From NCBI GenBank assembly GCA_963840365.1, contig CAWIYQ010000002.1:78777-142776 (forward strand): a DNA stretch of 64,000 bases, written 5' to 3'. A program made the position numbers and the translations under genes. Numbering within the stretch: the first letter of the stretch is position 1; each line of letters opens with the position of its first letter. Positions 24,902 to 33,093 of the stretch are shown here, in pieces. Origin of the DNA: an uncultured Thermoleophilia bacterium. Lineage in GTDB: Bacteria > Actinomycetota > Thermoleophilia > Gaiellales > Gaiellaceae. The notes beneath the pieces are model-generated. The model ran no database searches, was not told the origin of the DNA, and worked only from the letters and a program-made list of their open reading frames with translations.

Positions 24902-25680
24902 ACGAGCTCAAGCGCACCTTCGACGCGGTCGCCGACCGCTATGACGCCGCGCGCCCAACGTATCCCGACGCCCTCTACGACGACCTCGTCGAGCTGGCGG
25001 GGCTGCAGGCCGGGGCCCGCCTGCTCGAGGTGGGGTGCGGGACGGGGAAGGCGACCCGGCCGCTGCTCGAGCGCGGCTTTCGCGTCGTGTGCGTCGAGCT
25101 CGGCGGGCGGCTCGCGGCGCAGGCGCGCCACAACCTCGCCGGTCTCGGCGCCGAGCTCCACGTCGGTGCCTTCGAGGAGTGGCACGGCGACCCCGGCGGC
25201 TTCGACCTCGTCTACGCAGCCACCGCCTGGCACTGGCTCGACCCGCGGCTCGGCTACCGGAAGGCGCACGAGCAGCTCCGCCCGGGCGGCCACCTCGCGA
25301 TCTGGAGCGCGGCTCACGCGTTCCCGGAGGGGTTCGACCCGTTCTTCACCGAGATCCAGCAGGTCTACGACGAGCTCGACGAGTCGTACCCGGGCGAGTG
25401 GCCGCCCCCGCCGCCGGACGAGACGCCCGACCAGCGGGCCGAGATCGAAGGCTCGGGCCTCTTCGAGGCGGTCGAGACCCGCCGCCACGTCTGGGAGCGC
25501 CGCTACACCGCCGACGAGTACGTCGCCCTTCTCGACACGTTCTCGGGGCACATCGCGATGGAGGTGCAGAAGCGCCGGCGGCTCGACGGCGCGATCCGCG
25601 ATCTGGTCGCCACGCGGCCCGACGGCGCCGTCCGCCGGCACTGGCTCGCGATCCTCCACGTCGCCCGCCGCTTCGCATAG
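24898..25680 (+). CDS. Class I SAM-dependent methyltransferase
   Basis: LLEVGCGTGKATRPLLERG (motif I), DLVYAATAWHW, LRPGGHL. GTG start overlaps the upstream stop (GTGA). Confidence 0.85.
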   Translation: MNELKRTFDAVADRYDAARPTYPDALYDDLVELAGLQAGARLLEVGCGTGKATRPLLERGFRVVCVELGGRLAAQARHNLAGLGAELHVGAFEEWHGDPGGFDLVYAATAWHWLDPRLGYRKAHEQLRPGGHLAIWSAAHAFPEGFDPFFTEIQQVYDELDESYPGEWPPPPPDETPDQRAEIEGSGLFEAVETRRHVWERRYTADEYVALLDTFSGHIAMEVQKRRRLDGAIRDLVATRPDGAVRRHWLAILHVARRFA

Positions 25681-25698
25681 GCAAACTGTCCGGCGCCT

Positions 25699-25787
25699 GG
25701 AGAGGTGTCCGAGCGGTCTAAGGAGCGCGACTGGAAATCGCGTACGTGCCGAAAGGTGCGTCGAGGGTTCAAATCCCTCCCTCTCCG
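25699..25787 (+). tRNA. tRNA-Ser (anticodon GGA)
   Basis: Acceptor GGAGAGG/CCTCTCC, anticodon loop CTGGAAA, long variable arm, T-arm GAGGG-TTCAAAT-CCCTC. Confidence 0.95.
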
Positions 25788-25793
25788 CTGCAC

Positions 25794-25824
25794 GCACAGG
25801 GCCTGCTTTCTGCAGGCCCTGTGC
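25794..25824 (+). terminator. 13-bp perfect stem-loop between the two tRNA-Ser genes
   Basis: gcacagggcctgc-tttct-gcaggccctgtgc followed by cgtttc. Confidence 0.5.
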
Positions 25825-25855
25825 CGTTTCAGGCCTTCGCTAGCATGAGCCGCTC

Positions 25856-25946
25856 GGAGAAGTGGCCGAGTGGCTGAAGGCGGCGCCCTGCTAAGGCGTT
25901 AGGTGGGGAAATCCCTGCCTCGAGGGTTCGAATCCCTCCTTCTCCG
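25856..25946 (+). tRNA. tRNA-Ser (anticodon GCU)
   Basis: Acceptor GGAGAAG/CTTCTCC, anticodon loop CTGCTAA, long variable arm, T-arm GAGGG-TTCGAAT-CCCTC. Confidence 0.95.
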
Positions 25947-25949
25947 CTC

Positions 25950-27197
25950 TCAGCCGGCGTCGACGACGCGCACGGCCTTCCCCTCGCTCCGCGGCACCGC
26001 ACCCTGCTCGAGCACGTCGACGCGCACGCGGATGCCGAGATGCTCCCGCAGTGCGCGCTCGGCGGCGCGGCGCAGCGCCATCGGGTCGACGTCGGCGTCG
26101 ACGGGCTCGCACTGCACGCTCAGCTCCGCCATCGTCCCGGACCGGTCGACGACGAGCTGGTAGTGCGGCGCTGCGCCGGCGACGCCGAGCAGCGCATGCT
26201 CGACGTTCGACGGGTACACGTTCACGCCGCGCACGATGATCATGTCGTCGCGCCGGCCGCGCAGTCCGCGGATCCGGGCCGTCGTCCGCCCGCACACGCA
26301 CCGCTCGCGGGTGACCGAGCCGAGGTCGCCGGTGCGGTAGCGGAGCAGCGGCATCGCCTCCTTCGCGAGCGTCGTGAACACGAGCTCACCCTCGGCGCCG
26401 TCTGCAAGGGGCGCGCCGGTGTCGGGATCGACGACCTCGACGAGGAAGTGGTCCTCGTGGACGTGGAGGCCGTCGCGCGCCTCGATGCACTCGGTCGCCA
26501 CACCCGGCCCGCACATCTCCGACAGGCCGTAGAAGTTGACCGCCCGCAGGCCCGGGAGGACGCTCTCGATCTGCTCGCGCAGCCCCTCGGTCCACGGCTC
26601 GCCGCCGAAGAGACCGAGCTCGAGCCGCAGCGACCCCGGGTCGATGCCCGCATCCCGGACCGCCTGCCCGATCACGAGCGCATACGACGGCGTCGCGACC
26701 AGCACCTGTGCCCCGAGGTCGGCGAGCAGCATCGCCTGCCGCGCCGTCATCCCGCCCGAGACGGGAACGACCGGCGCACCGATCCGCTCGGCTCCCTGGT
26801 GGAACCCGTGCCCGCCCGTGAAGAGCCCGTAGGTGTTCGCGTTGTGCACGAGCATCCCGGGACGGACGCCGGCGAGGGTCAGCGAGCGGGCCATCAGCTC
26901 CGTCCACGCGTCGAGATCGGCTCGGGTGTATCCGACGACCGTCGGCTTCCCGTGCGTGCCGCTCGACGCATGCACGCGGGCGAGCTCGCTCACCGGGACG
27001 CGCAGAAGCCCGAACGGGTACGCATCCCGAAGCGCCGATTTGTCGACGAACGGAAGCTCCGCGACCTGGTCGAGCGAGTCGAGCTCGAGCCCGAACGTCG
27101 CCCGCAGACGGGTGAGCTGAAGCTCGTGCAGCTCCTCACGCGGCAGCTGCTCGGCCGGGTCCCAGATCAGGGTCTCAGAGTTGGCGCTCGTGGGCAT
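25950..27197 (-). CDS. paaK: Phenylacetate-CoA ligase family protein (PaaK-like aryl/acyl-CoA ligase)
   Basis: 415 aa. VHASSGTHGKPTVV (AMP-binding P-loop), YGLSEM, RYRTGD and IIVRGVNVYP match PaaK-type adenylate-forming ligases. Confidence 0.9.
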   Translation of the reverse strand: MPTSANSETLIWDPAEQLPREELHELQLTRLRATFGLELDSLDQVAELPFVDKSALRDAYPFGLLRVPVSELARVHASSGTHGKPTVVGYTRADLDAWTELMARSLTLAGVRPGMLVHNANTYGLFTGGHGFHQGAERIGAPVVPVSGGMTARQAMLLADLGAQVLVATPSYALVIGQAVRDAGIDPGSLRLELGLFGGEPWTEGLREQIESVLPGLRAVNFYGLSEMCGPGVATECIEARDGLHVHEDHFLVEVVDPDTGAPLADGAEGELVFTTLAKEAMPLLRYRTGDLGSVTRERCVCGRTTARIRGLRGRRDDMIIVRGVNVYPSNVEHALLGVAGAAPHYQLVVDRSGTMAELSVQCEPVDADVDPMALRRAAERALREHLGIRVRVDVLEQGAVPRSEGKAVRVVDAG

Positions 27198-28563
27198 TCC
27201 AGTGCGTCTCGAGGTTGCGAACGAGGGCGGGGCTCAGATGGCAGTACGCCTGTTCGCGGCAGAACGTCGCCATGTACCGGCGGAAGAGGTCGAGCGGCTC
27301 CGCGCCGACACGCAGTGCGCGGCGGTTGCCGGCCGCGTTCACGAGCCCGGAGCTCGTCAGCGCCTCGATTCGGCGCTCGACCGCCGCGTCCATCGCGCCG
27401 CCCGGCTCGACGATCTCGTCGCAGAGCAGGTCGCCGTGCGGTGTGCCTGCCTCGAACTCGAGCCCGGAGAGGATCGCCTGCCGCGCCAGCCTGTCTCCGA
27501 CGGAGCGGGCGAGGCGCAGGTTGGAGGCGCCGGGCAGGATCCCCTCCTTGCGCGCCGGCAGGTAGAGGCGGCTGCCGCGCTCGGCGATCACGTGGTCGAC
27601 GGTGTGGAGGATCTGGCAGGCGCCGCCGATCGCGAACGTCTCGACGGCCGCGATCCACAGCTTCTCGGTCGTCTCCTCCGGCTCGCCCGGGCGGTACTCC
27701 TCGGCGCTCAGCCCGCGGTAGAGCTTGTTCACGTAGCCGAGGTCGCGGGTGACGAAGAACATGTAGTCGATCCGCCCGCGGTAGAGATGCGTGAGATTGA
27801 GGCCGGCGCCGAAGATGCGGCGCCCCGCGTAGCGCGGATGGCTGACGACGGCGCCGCGAATGACCCCGACCTCCACCGTCTGGTCGAGCAGCGCGAGGTC
27901 GACCGCGACCTCGGTCGTCGGCAGCGTGACGCAGTCCTCGGCGTTCAGGTGGCGGTCGTTGCGGATCTCGAGGTGCGCCGCGGCGCCGCGCCGCTCGATC
28001 ACCGTCTGCCCGAGGTCGGCGACGCCGGTAGCCCGGAAGTCGTCGAGGCGGGCGAGCGCCTCCTCGGTCGGGCGCAGCATCGACCAGACGAGGTGGCCGC
28101 CGCAGCGCGGGGAGGCGAGGACGAACGAGAGGAAGAGGCCTTGCGCGATCTCGAGGCCCTCCTTCTCGGGGAGTGCCCGCTCGCGTTCGGCCGCCAGCTG
28201 GGCGCGCGTGGGAGTGAGGCCGGGGAAGCGCTCGGCCGCCGCGTACACGAGCTCTTCGTCGCGCACCGCGCGCCGCAGGTCGTCGGTGAGCGAGGCGTAG
28301 ACCGCCTCCGCGTGCACGCGCAGGAACCGCGTGCGTGCGTCGTCGAGCGCCTTCCTCAGGAAAGCCGCCGCGTCCGCCTCCGCCGCCGTCCGGCTCGGCC
28401 GGGCCGGCAGGCGCGCATGAAGCTCCTCGCCGCGCGTCAGGTGCGCGCAGGCAGCGGCGCTCGCGGCCTCGAAGTCGTCCGTCTCCGGCGGGATTCCCGC
28501 GAGCCAGTCGTCGACCTCCGTCCGCGAGAGGCCGGCCGCGTCGAGGACGGCGCGGTCAGGCAT
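27175..28563 (-). CDS. Crotonase-superfamily protein with an N-terminal helical extension, DpgC-like (candidate arylacetyl-CoA dioxygenase)
   Basis: 462 aa. Crotonase core (RRIFGAGLNLTHLY; AAVETFAIGGACQIL; ARKEGILPGASNLRL) after a ~190-aa extension (FPGLTPTRAQLAAE...EKEGLEI...LNAED...SHPRY). From memory this resembles (3,5-dihydroxyphenyl)acetyl-CoA 1,2-dioxygenase. Not searched. Confidence 0.6.
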   Translation of the reverse strand: MPDRAVLDAAGLSRTEVDDWLAGIPPETDDFEAASAAACAHLTRGEELHARLPARPSRTAAEADAAAFLRKALDDARTRFLRVHAEAVYASLTDDLRRAVRDEELVYAAAERFPGLTPTRAQLAAERERALPEKEGLEIAQGLFLSFVLASPRCGGHLVWSMLRPTEEALARLDDFRATGVADLGQTVIERRGAAAHLEIRNDRHLNAEDCVTLPTTEVAVDLALLDQTVEVGVIRGAVVSHPRYAGRRIFGAGLNLTHLYRGRIDYMFFVTRDLGYVNKLYRGLSAEEYRPGEPEETTEKLWIAAVETFAIGGACQILHTVDHVIAERGSRLYLPARKEGILPGASNLRLARSVGDRLARQAILSGLEFEAGTPHGDLLCDEIVEPGGAMDAAVERRIEALTSSGLVNAAGNRRALRVGAEPLDLFRRYMATFCREQAYCHLSPALVRNLETHWNAHERQL

Positions 28564-30064
28564 CGGCGAGCAGGAACTCCGCCGCGCGCTCGCCGATCAT
28601 GATCGACGGGGCGTTCGTGTTCCCGGTCGTCACCATCGGCATGACCGACGCATCGGCGATGCGTAGCCCTTCGACGCCGTGCACCCTGAGCCTGGGATCG
28701 ACGACGGCCGTCTCATCGCTACCCATCTTGCAGGTACCGACCTGATGGTGGTAGGTGATGGCGGTCTTGCGCGCGTACGCCCGCGTGCCGTCCGGGCCGT
28801 CGACGTCCGGCCCCGGGTAGCACTCGGTGACGCCCCAGTCGGCAAGCGCATCGGCGTTCCCGATTCGCCGGCAGAGGTCGATCGCGGCGACGAGGCTCTC
28901 CAGGTCGGCGTCGCACGCGAGGATGTTCGGGTCGAGTGCCGGCGGGTCCTCGGGCGTCGGCCCGGTGAGGCGCAGCGTGCCGCGGCTCGCCGGGCGAACC
29001 AGGCCGCCCAGGAGCGTGAAGCCGTTTTCGATCTCCTCCATCCACGGTTCAACCATCGGCACCATGAAGTGGATCGGCTGGATGTCGGGCACCGGGAGGC
29101 CCGGCCGCGAGCGCCAGAAGAGATGCGTCTGGCAGGCGGGCAGGCCGGGGGAGGGAGGGCCGATCTCCCGCTCGGCGGCGAAGACGACCGGCGACAGCAG
29201 ATGGTCGTGGAGGTTCTCGCCGACGCCGGGCAGATCGACCGCCACATGGATCCCCACCTCGCTCAGATGGCCGGCAGGCCCGATCCCCGACAGGAGAAGC
29301 AGCTGCGCCGACCCGATCGTGCCGCCGCAGACGACCACCTCGGCGGCGTGCCTGCGTTCCAGGCGACCGTCCTCCCACCACTCCACGCCGACACACCGGG
29401 TGCCGTCGAGATGGAGCCGCCGGGCGACCGCACCGGTGCGGAGCTCGAGCCCGGGATTCGCCTCGACCGGCCGGACGTAGGCCGCGGCGGTGCTGTGGCG
29501 GACGCCGTTCTCGATGCAGTACTGCATGAACGAGAAGCCGTCCTGGGATGCCCCGTTGTAGTCGGGGTTCAGCGGGACCCCGCACTCCTGCGCAGCCTCG
29601 GCGAGGGAGAGGTGGATCGGATCCGGCTCGAAGCGCGTGAGCAGGCTCACCGTCCCAGGCCCGTCGGGCTCGCGCCGCTCGATGCGCTCGTAGACCGGCC
29701 GCACGTCGTCCCAACCCCAGCCGTCGGCGCCGAGGTACGCCCAGGTGTCGAAGTCGGCGGGGGCGCCGCGGACCCAGATCATCGCGTTGAGGCAGCTCGA
29801 GCCGCCGAGCACCCGGCCGCGCGGCCAGGCGAGCCGACGGCCGTCGGCGTGGCTCTGCGGGACGGTCTCGTACGCCCAGTCGACCTCCGACTGCCAGAGC
29901 TCGTGCAGGCGGCCGGGATCGTGGATCGCGGGATTCTCGTCGCGCCCGCCGGCCTCCAGCAGCAGCACGCGCGCGCCGCCGTCGACGAGGCGCCGGGCGA
30001 CCACGGCGCCGCCCGAGCCGGCGCCGACCACGATCACGTCCGGGTCGGGGGCCTCGACGCTCAC
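28556..30064 (-). CDS. GMC-family FAD oxidoreductase (choline dehydrogenase-like)
   Basis: DVIVVGAGSGGAVVARRL...LLLEAGG (FAD fold), GGSSCLNAM, and C-terminal YHHQVGTCKMG...LRIADASVMP. Confidence 0.9.
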   Translation of the reverse strand: MSVEAPDPDVIVVGAGSGGAVVARRLVDGGARVLLLEAGGRDENPAIHDPGRLHELWQSEVDWAYETVPQSHADGRRLAWPRGRVLGGSSCLNAMIWVRGAPADFDTWAYLGADGWGWDDVRPVYERIERREPDGPGTVSLLTRFEPDPIHLSLAEAAQECGVPLNPDYNGASQDGFSFMQYCIENGVRHSTAAAYVRPVEANPGLELRTGAVARRLHLDGTRCVGVEWWEDGRLERRHAAEVVVCGGTIGSAQLLLLSGIGPAGHLSEVGIHVAVDLPGVGENLHDHLLSPVVFAAEREIGPPSPGLPACQTHLFWRSRPGLPVPDIQPIHFMVPMVEPWMEEIENGFTLLGGLVRPASRGTLRLTGPTPEDPPALDPNILACDADLESLVAAIDLCRRIGNADALADWGVTECYPGPDVDGPDGTRAYARKTAITYHHQVGTCKMGSDETAVVDPRLRVHGVEGLRIADASVMPMVTTGNTNAPSIMIGERAAEFLLADA

Positions 30065-30247
30065 GGGCCAAGCCTACGGCCCCGGCGCCCGGGCCTCAAA
30101 ATCACCCTTCCGGAGGATGCGCGGCACCGGGCGGTGGGGAAGGATCCGTGGCAAGCCGGCTCCCCCTGACACCGGCGGACTGACGTGACTGCGGCGATTC
30201 CCGCCCCCACCGGGCGGGTTTCGTCCGTTCAGGGCCCCTTTTGGGAG

Positions 30248-30826
30248 CTAGGAGTGGGTCGACGTGTAGACGAACGCGGCCACGTCGTGGATCTGCGTGT
30301 CCGTCAGCTGGCCCTTGAACGCCGGCATCGGCCCGCCGCCTACCTCGACCTGGTGGACGATCGTGTCGTACGCGGGCTTCAGCTCGTCGAGGTTCGGTCC
30401 GACCGTCCCAGAGGCGCCCGCCGCCTTCAGCGTATGGCAGCCGCTGCAGCCGGCCGAGGTGAACACCGTCTTGCCCGCCGCGGGATTGCCCTGCGTCGAC
30501 GCAGTGGTCGTGGTCGCGGCCCCCGTCGTCGTGGGGGCGGTGGTGGTCGTCGAGGGTGCCGTGGTCGTCGCAGCCGGCGTCGTCTCGGCGCTCGCCTCCT
30601 TCGGCTCCCGGCCGAACACGAGCACCGCGCTGATCATCGCCACGAAGAAGAGCGCGCACACGGTGATGAACAGGCCGAGATGCTTTCCCGGAAAGTCCGG
30701 GTTGCGGCGCGGCAGCACGAGTGACGAGACGAGCGCGAAGACGATGAAGGCGATCCCGACGGCCGCGAGCCCGATCTTGTGCCCCGTCGACAGGGCGGCG
30801 ACGACAGGAACGACCGTCGAGAGCAT
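30248..30826 (-). CDS. Membrane-anchored class I c-type cytochrome
   Basis: Two N-terminal TM segments, a Thr/Ala/Pro-rich linker, heme motif CSGCH and distal GGGPMPAF (Met ligand). Confidence 0.85.
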   Translation of the reverse strand: MLSTVVPVVAALSTGHKIGLAAVGIAFIVFALVSSLVLPRRNPDFPGKHLGLFITVCALFFVAMISAVLVFGREPKEASAETTPAATTTAPSTTTTAPTTTGAATTTTASTQGNPAAGKTVFTSAGCSGCHTLKAAGASGTVGPNLDELKPAYDTIVHQVEVGGGPMPAFKGQLTDTQIHDVAAFVYTSTHS

Positions 30827-30846
30827 CGGGGGCGAACTTACCGGAA

Positions 30847-31563
30847 CTAGACGCTTGCCGCGTCGGACGCGTGCGGCTCGTCCGAGCCCGACGAGCGCAG
30901 GTACAGCAGCTCGTACATCGCCGCCGCGATCACGGCGCCGGCGAACGGGCCGACGTACCAGACCCAGAAGTGCGCCCAGCGATTGCCGACGAGCTCCGGC
31001 CCGAACGCCCGCGCCGGGTTGACCGCCGCGCCGGTCAGGACGCCGCCCATGAGCACGTCGACGACGACCGTGAAGCCGACCGCGATGCCCGCGATCTGCC
31101 GGAACGCGCCGCGCTCGTCGACCATGGTCGCGAAGTAGACCCAGACGAGGAAGAACGTGAGCACGGTCTCGACCACGACGGCCGCCCCGGAACCGATGCT
31201 GCCACCGAGAGCCGGCACGCCGAGGTGCACCGAGTTCTCGATCGCGGTCGGCATCACCCAGTGGAGGACGAGCGCGCCCGCCGCGGCCGCCGCGAACTGC
31301 GTCACCCAGTAGGCGAGTGCGAGCGGTGGCGCGATGCGGCGCGTGACCAGGTAGCCGAGCGTCACCGCCGGGTTGAAGTGCCCGCCCGAGGTCAGCCCGG
31401 CCGCGGACACCATCGCGGCGACCACGAGGCCGTAGGCGAGGGCGATGTCCGTCAGCGTGCGGGCGAAGGCGAGCGAGCCGGCGGCGACGAAGACGAGCGC
31501 GAAGGTGCCGACGAACTCGGCCGAGCAGCGCTTGACGTAGTCGCCTGCGAGCACGCCCGACAC
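30847..31563 (-). CDS. MIP-family channel (aquaporin/glycerol facilitator)
   Basis: Two NPA boxes (GGHFNPAVT; AVNPARAFGP). The start is uncertain (GTG 31563 or 31554; the track ATG 31668 adds a non-hydrophobic extension). Confidence 0.9.
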   Translation of the reverse strand: MSGVLAGDYVKRCSAEFVGTFALVFVAAGSLAFARTLTDIALAYGLVVAAMVSAAGLTSGGHFNPAVTLGYLVTRRIAPPLALAYWVTQFAAAAAGALVLHWVMPTAIENSVHLGVPALGGSIGSGAAVVVETVLTFFLVWVYFATMVDERGAFRQIAGIAVGFTVVVDVLMGGVLTGAAVNPARAFGPELVGNRWAHFWVWYVGPFAGAVIAAAMYELLYLRSSGSDEPHASDAASV

Positions 31564-31606
31564 CTTAGGACCGGGGTCGGACGGACCGGAGCCGACGACC
31601 GCGCTG

Positions 31607-32578
31607 TCAGTCCCTGGAGAGCCACGCGTCGAGGATGCGGCGCTCCTTGTCGCGCTCGAGCCCGGCATCCACCGTCTCCGGGCCGTTCCCGGTCTCGAGC
31701 CAGGCGAGCGTGTCGCGTGCGGTCTCGGCGAGGGGCCGCGTTTCGAGGCCGGCCGCGAACGCCGCCGCCGGGTCGATCGCGAGCATCCCGGCGAGGGCCG
31801 GGTCGTGCAGCCAGAGCGGCAGCTCCATCCACTCGCCGACGCCCAGCTCCGCCAGGAAGCCGGGGTCGACCCAGACGAGCTCCGGCTCGGTGCCGACGGC
31901 CCGAGCGCAGGTGGCGAGCATCGCCGACCACGTCGTCGGCCGGTCGACTGCGTTGAACGTCCCGGCGATCCCGGTCTCCGCGGCCACGACGATCCACGCC
32001 GCGAGATCGCGCGCGTCGATCACCTGCGCCGGGGCCTCGGGCGGCGCCGGCGCGAGCACACGGCCCCCTTCGGCCAGCCTCTCCGGCCAGTACGAGAAGC
32101 GGCCGGTCGGGTCCCACGGGCCGACGATCAACCCGGGCCGGACGACGAAGGCGTCCGGGAACGCCTCGCGCACGACCTGCTCGCACTCGGCCTTCAGCTC
32201 GCCGTAGGCCTCGCGGCGGTCCTCGGTCGGCGCTTCCAGCACGCGCAGCGGCGACGACTCGGTGGGCGGGGTCGAGCAGTCGGCGTACACCGACACCGAC
32301 GAGACGAACGTGTAGTGCCCGACGGGCCCGAGCGCCTCGATCGTCTCGCGGACGACACGCGGCACATAGCCGCTCGTGTCCACCACCGCGTCGAACGACC
32401 GCCCGGCAAGCGGCTCCAGGCCGCCGTCGCGGTCGCCCCGCAGCTTCGCGAGCTCGGGATACAGATCGGGGCGCGTGGTGCCGCGGTTGAAGAGGGTCAC
32501 TTCGTGCCCACGCGCGAGCGCCGCGTCGACGACGTGACGGCCCACGAACTGGGTGCCGCCCAAAACGAGCAATCTCAT
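31607..32578 (-). CDS. NAD-dependent epimerase/dehydratase (SDR) family protein
   Basis: MRLLVLGGTQFVGRHVV (Rossmann GxxGxxG), YGELK (YxxxK). Confidence 0.85.
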   Translation of the reverse strand: MRLLVLGGTQFVGRHVVDAALARGHEVTLFNRGTTRPDLYPELAKLRGDRDGGLEPLAGRSFDAVVDTSGYVPRVVRETIEALGPVGHYTFVSSVSVYADCSTPPTESSPLRVLEAPTEDRREAYGELKAECEQVVREAFPDAFVVRPGLIVGPWDPTGRFSYWPERLAEGGRVLAPAPPEAPAQVIDARDLAAWIVVAAETGIAGTFNAVDRPTTWSAMLATCARAVGTEPELVWVDPGFLAELGVGEWMELPLWLHDPALAGMLAIDPAAAFAAGLETRPLAETARDTLAWLETGNGPETVDAGLERDKERRILDAWLSRD

Positions 32579-32590
32579 AGGCTGGAGCGT

Positions 32591-33034
32591 ATGTCGCGGG
32601 TCATCCGTCATGCCGAGCCCGCCGACTAACCGGGGGTGATCGCGGTCGTCGACGAGTGGTGGGGAGGCAGGCAGATGGCGGCGATGCTGCCGAAGCTCTT
32701 CTTCGTGCACTTCCGCGATACCTCGTTCATCGCGGAGGTGGACGGGGGGCTCGCGGGCTTCCTCTGCGGCTTCCGCTCGCAGACACACCCGGACGAGGCC
32801 TACATCCACTTCGTCGGCGTCGACCCTGCGCGGCGCGGCGACGGGCTCGGGCGCGCGCTCTACGAGCGCTTCTTCGCCGCGGTGGCGCCGCGGACGGTCG
32901 TCCGGGCCGTCACCTCACCGGTCAACGAGCGCTCGGTTGCCTTCCACCGAGCGCTCGGGTTCGAGGTGGAGAACATCGACGAGGACTACGACGGCACCGG
33001 CGAGGCCCGCGTCCTCCTCCTGAAGCATCTGTAG
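32591..33034 (+). pseudogene. GNAT-family acetyltransferase interrupted by an in-frame TAA at 32627-32629 (or truncated CDS restarting at GTG 32636)
   Basis: ATG 32591 (GGAG RBS) reads MSRVIRHAEPAD-TAA-PGVIAVVDEWWGGRQMAAMLPKLFFVHF... in a single frame. The first 12 codons look like the normal beta-1 strand of this family. Acetyl-CoA motif RRGDGLGRAL is present. Confidence 0.55.
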
Positions 33035-33093
33035 GTGCGAGGCACCCGTCCGAGGGATCGCCGGCGCTGTTGCCAGCGCCGACACACCTTCGC

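Noticed and set aside
30065-30247. Hairpin cccgccc-ccacc-gggcggg followed by TTT on the plus strand between the cytochrome c and GMC genes, as a terminator.
   Set aside because: Both flanking genes are on the minus strand, where the hairpin is preceded rather than followed by the U-tract. No plus-strand gene ends here.
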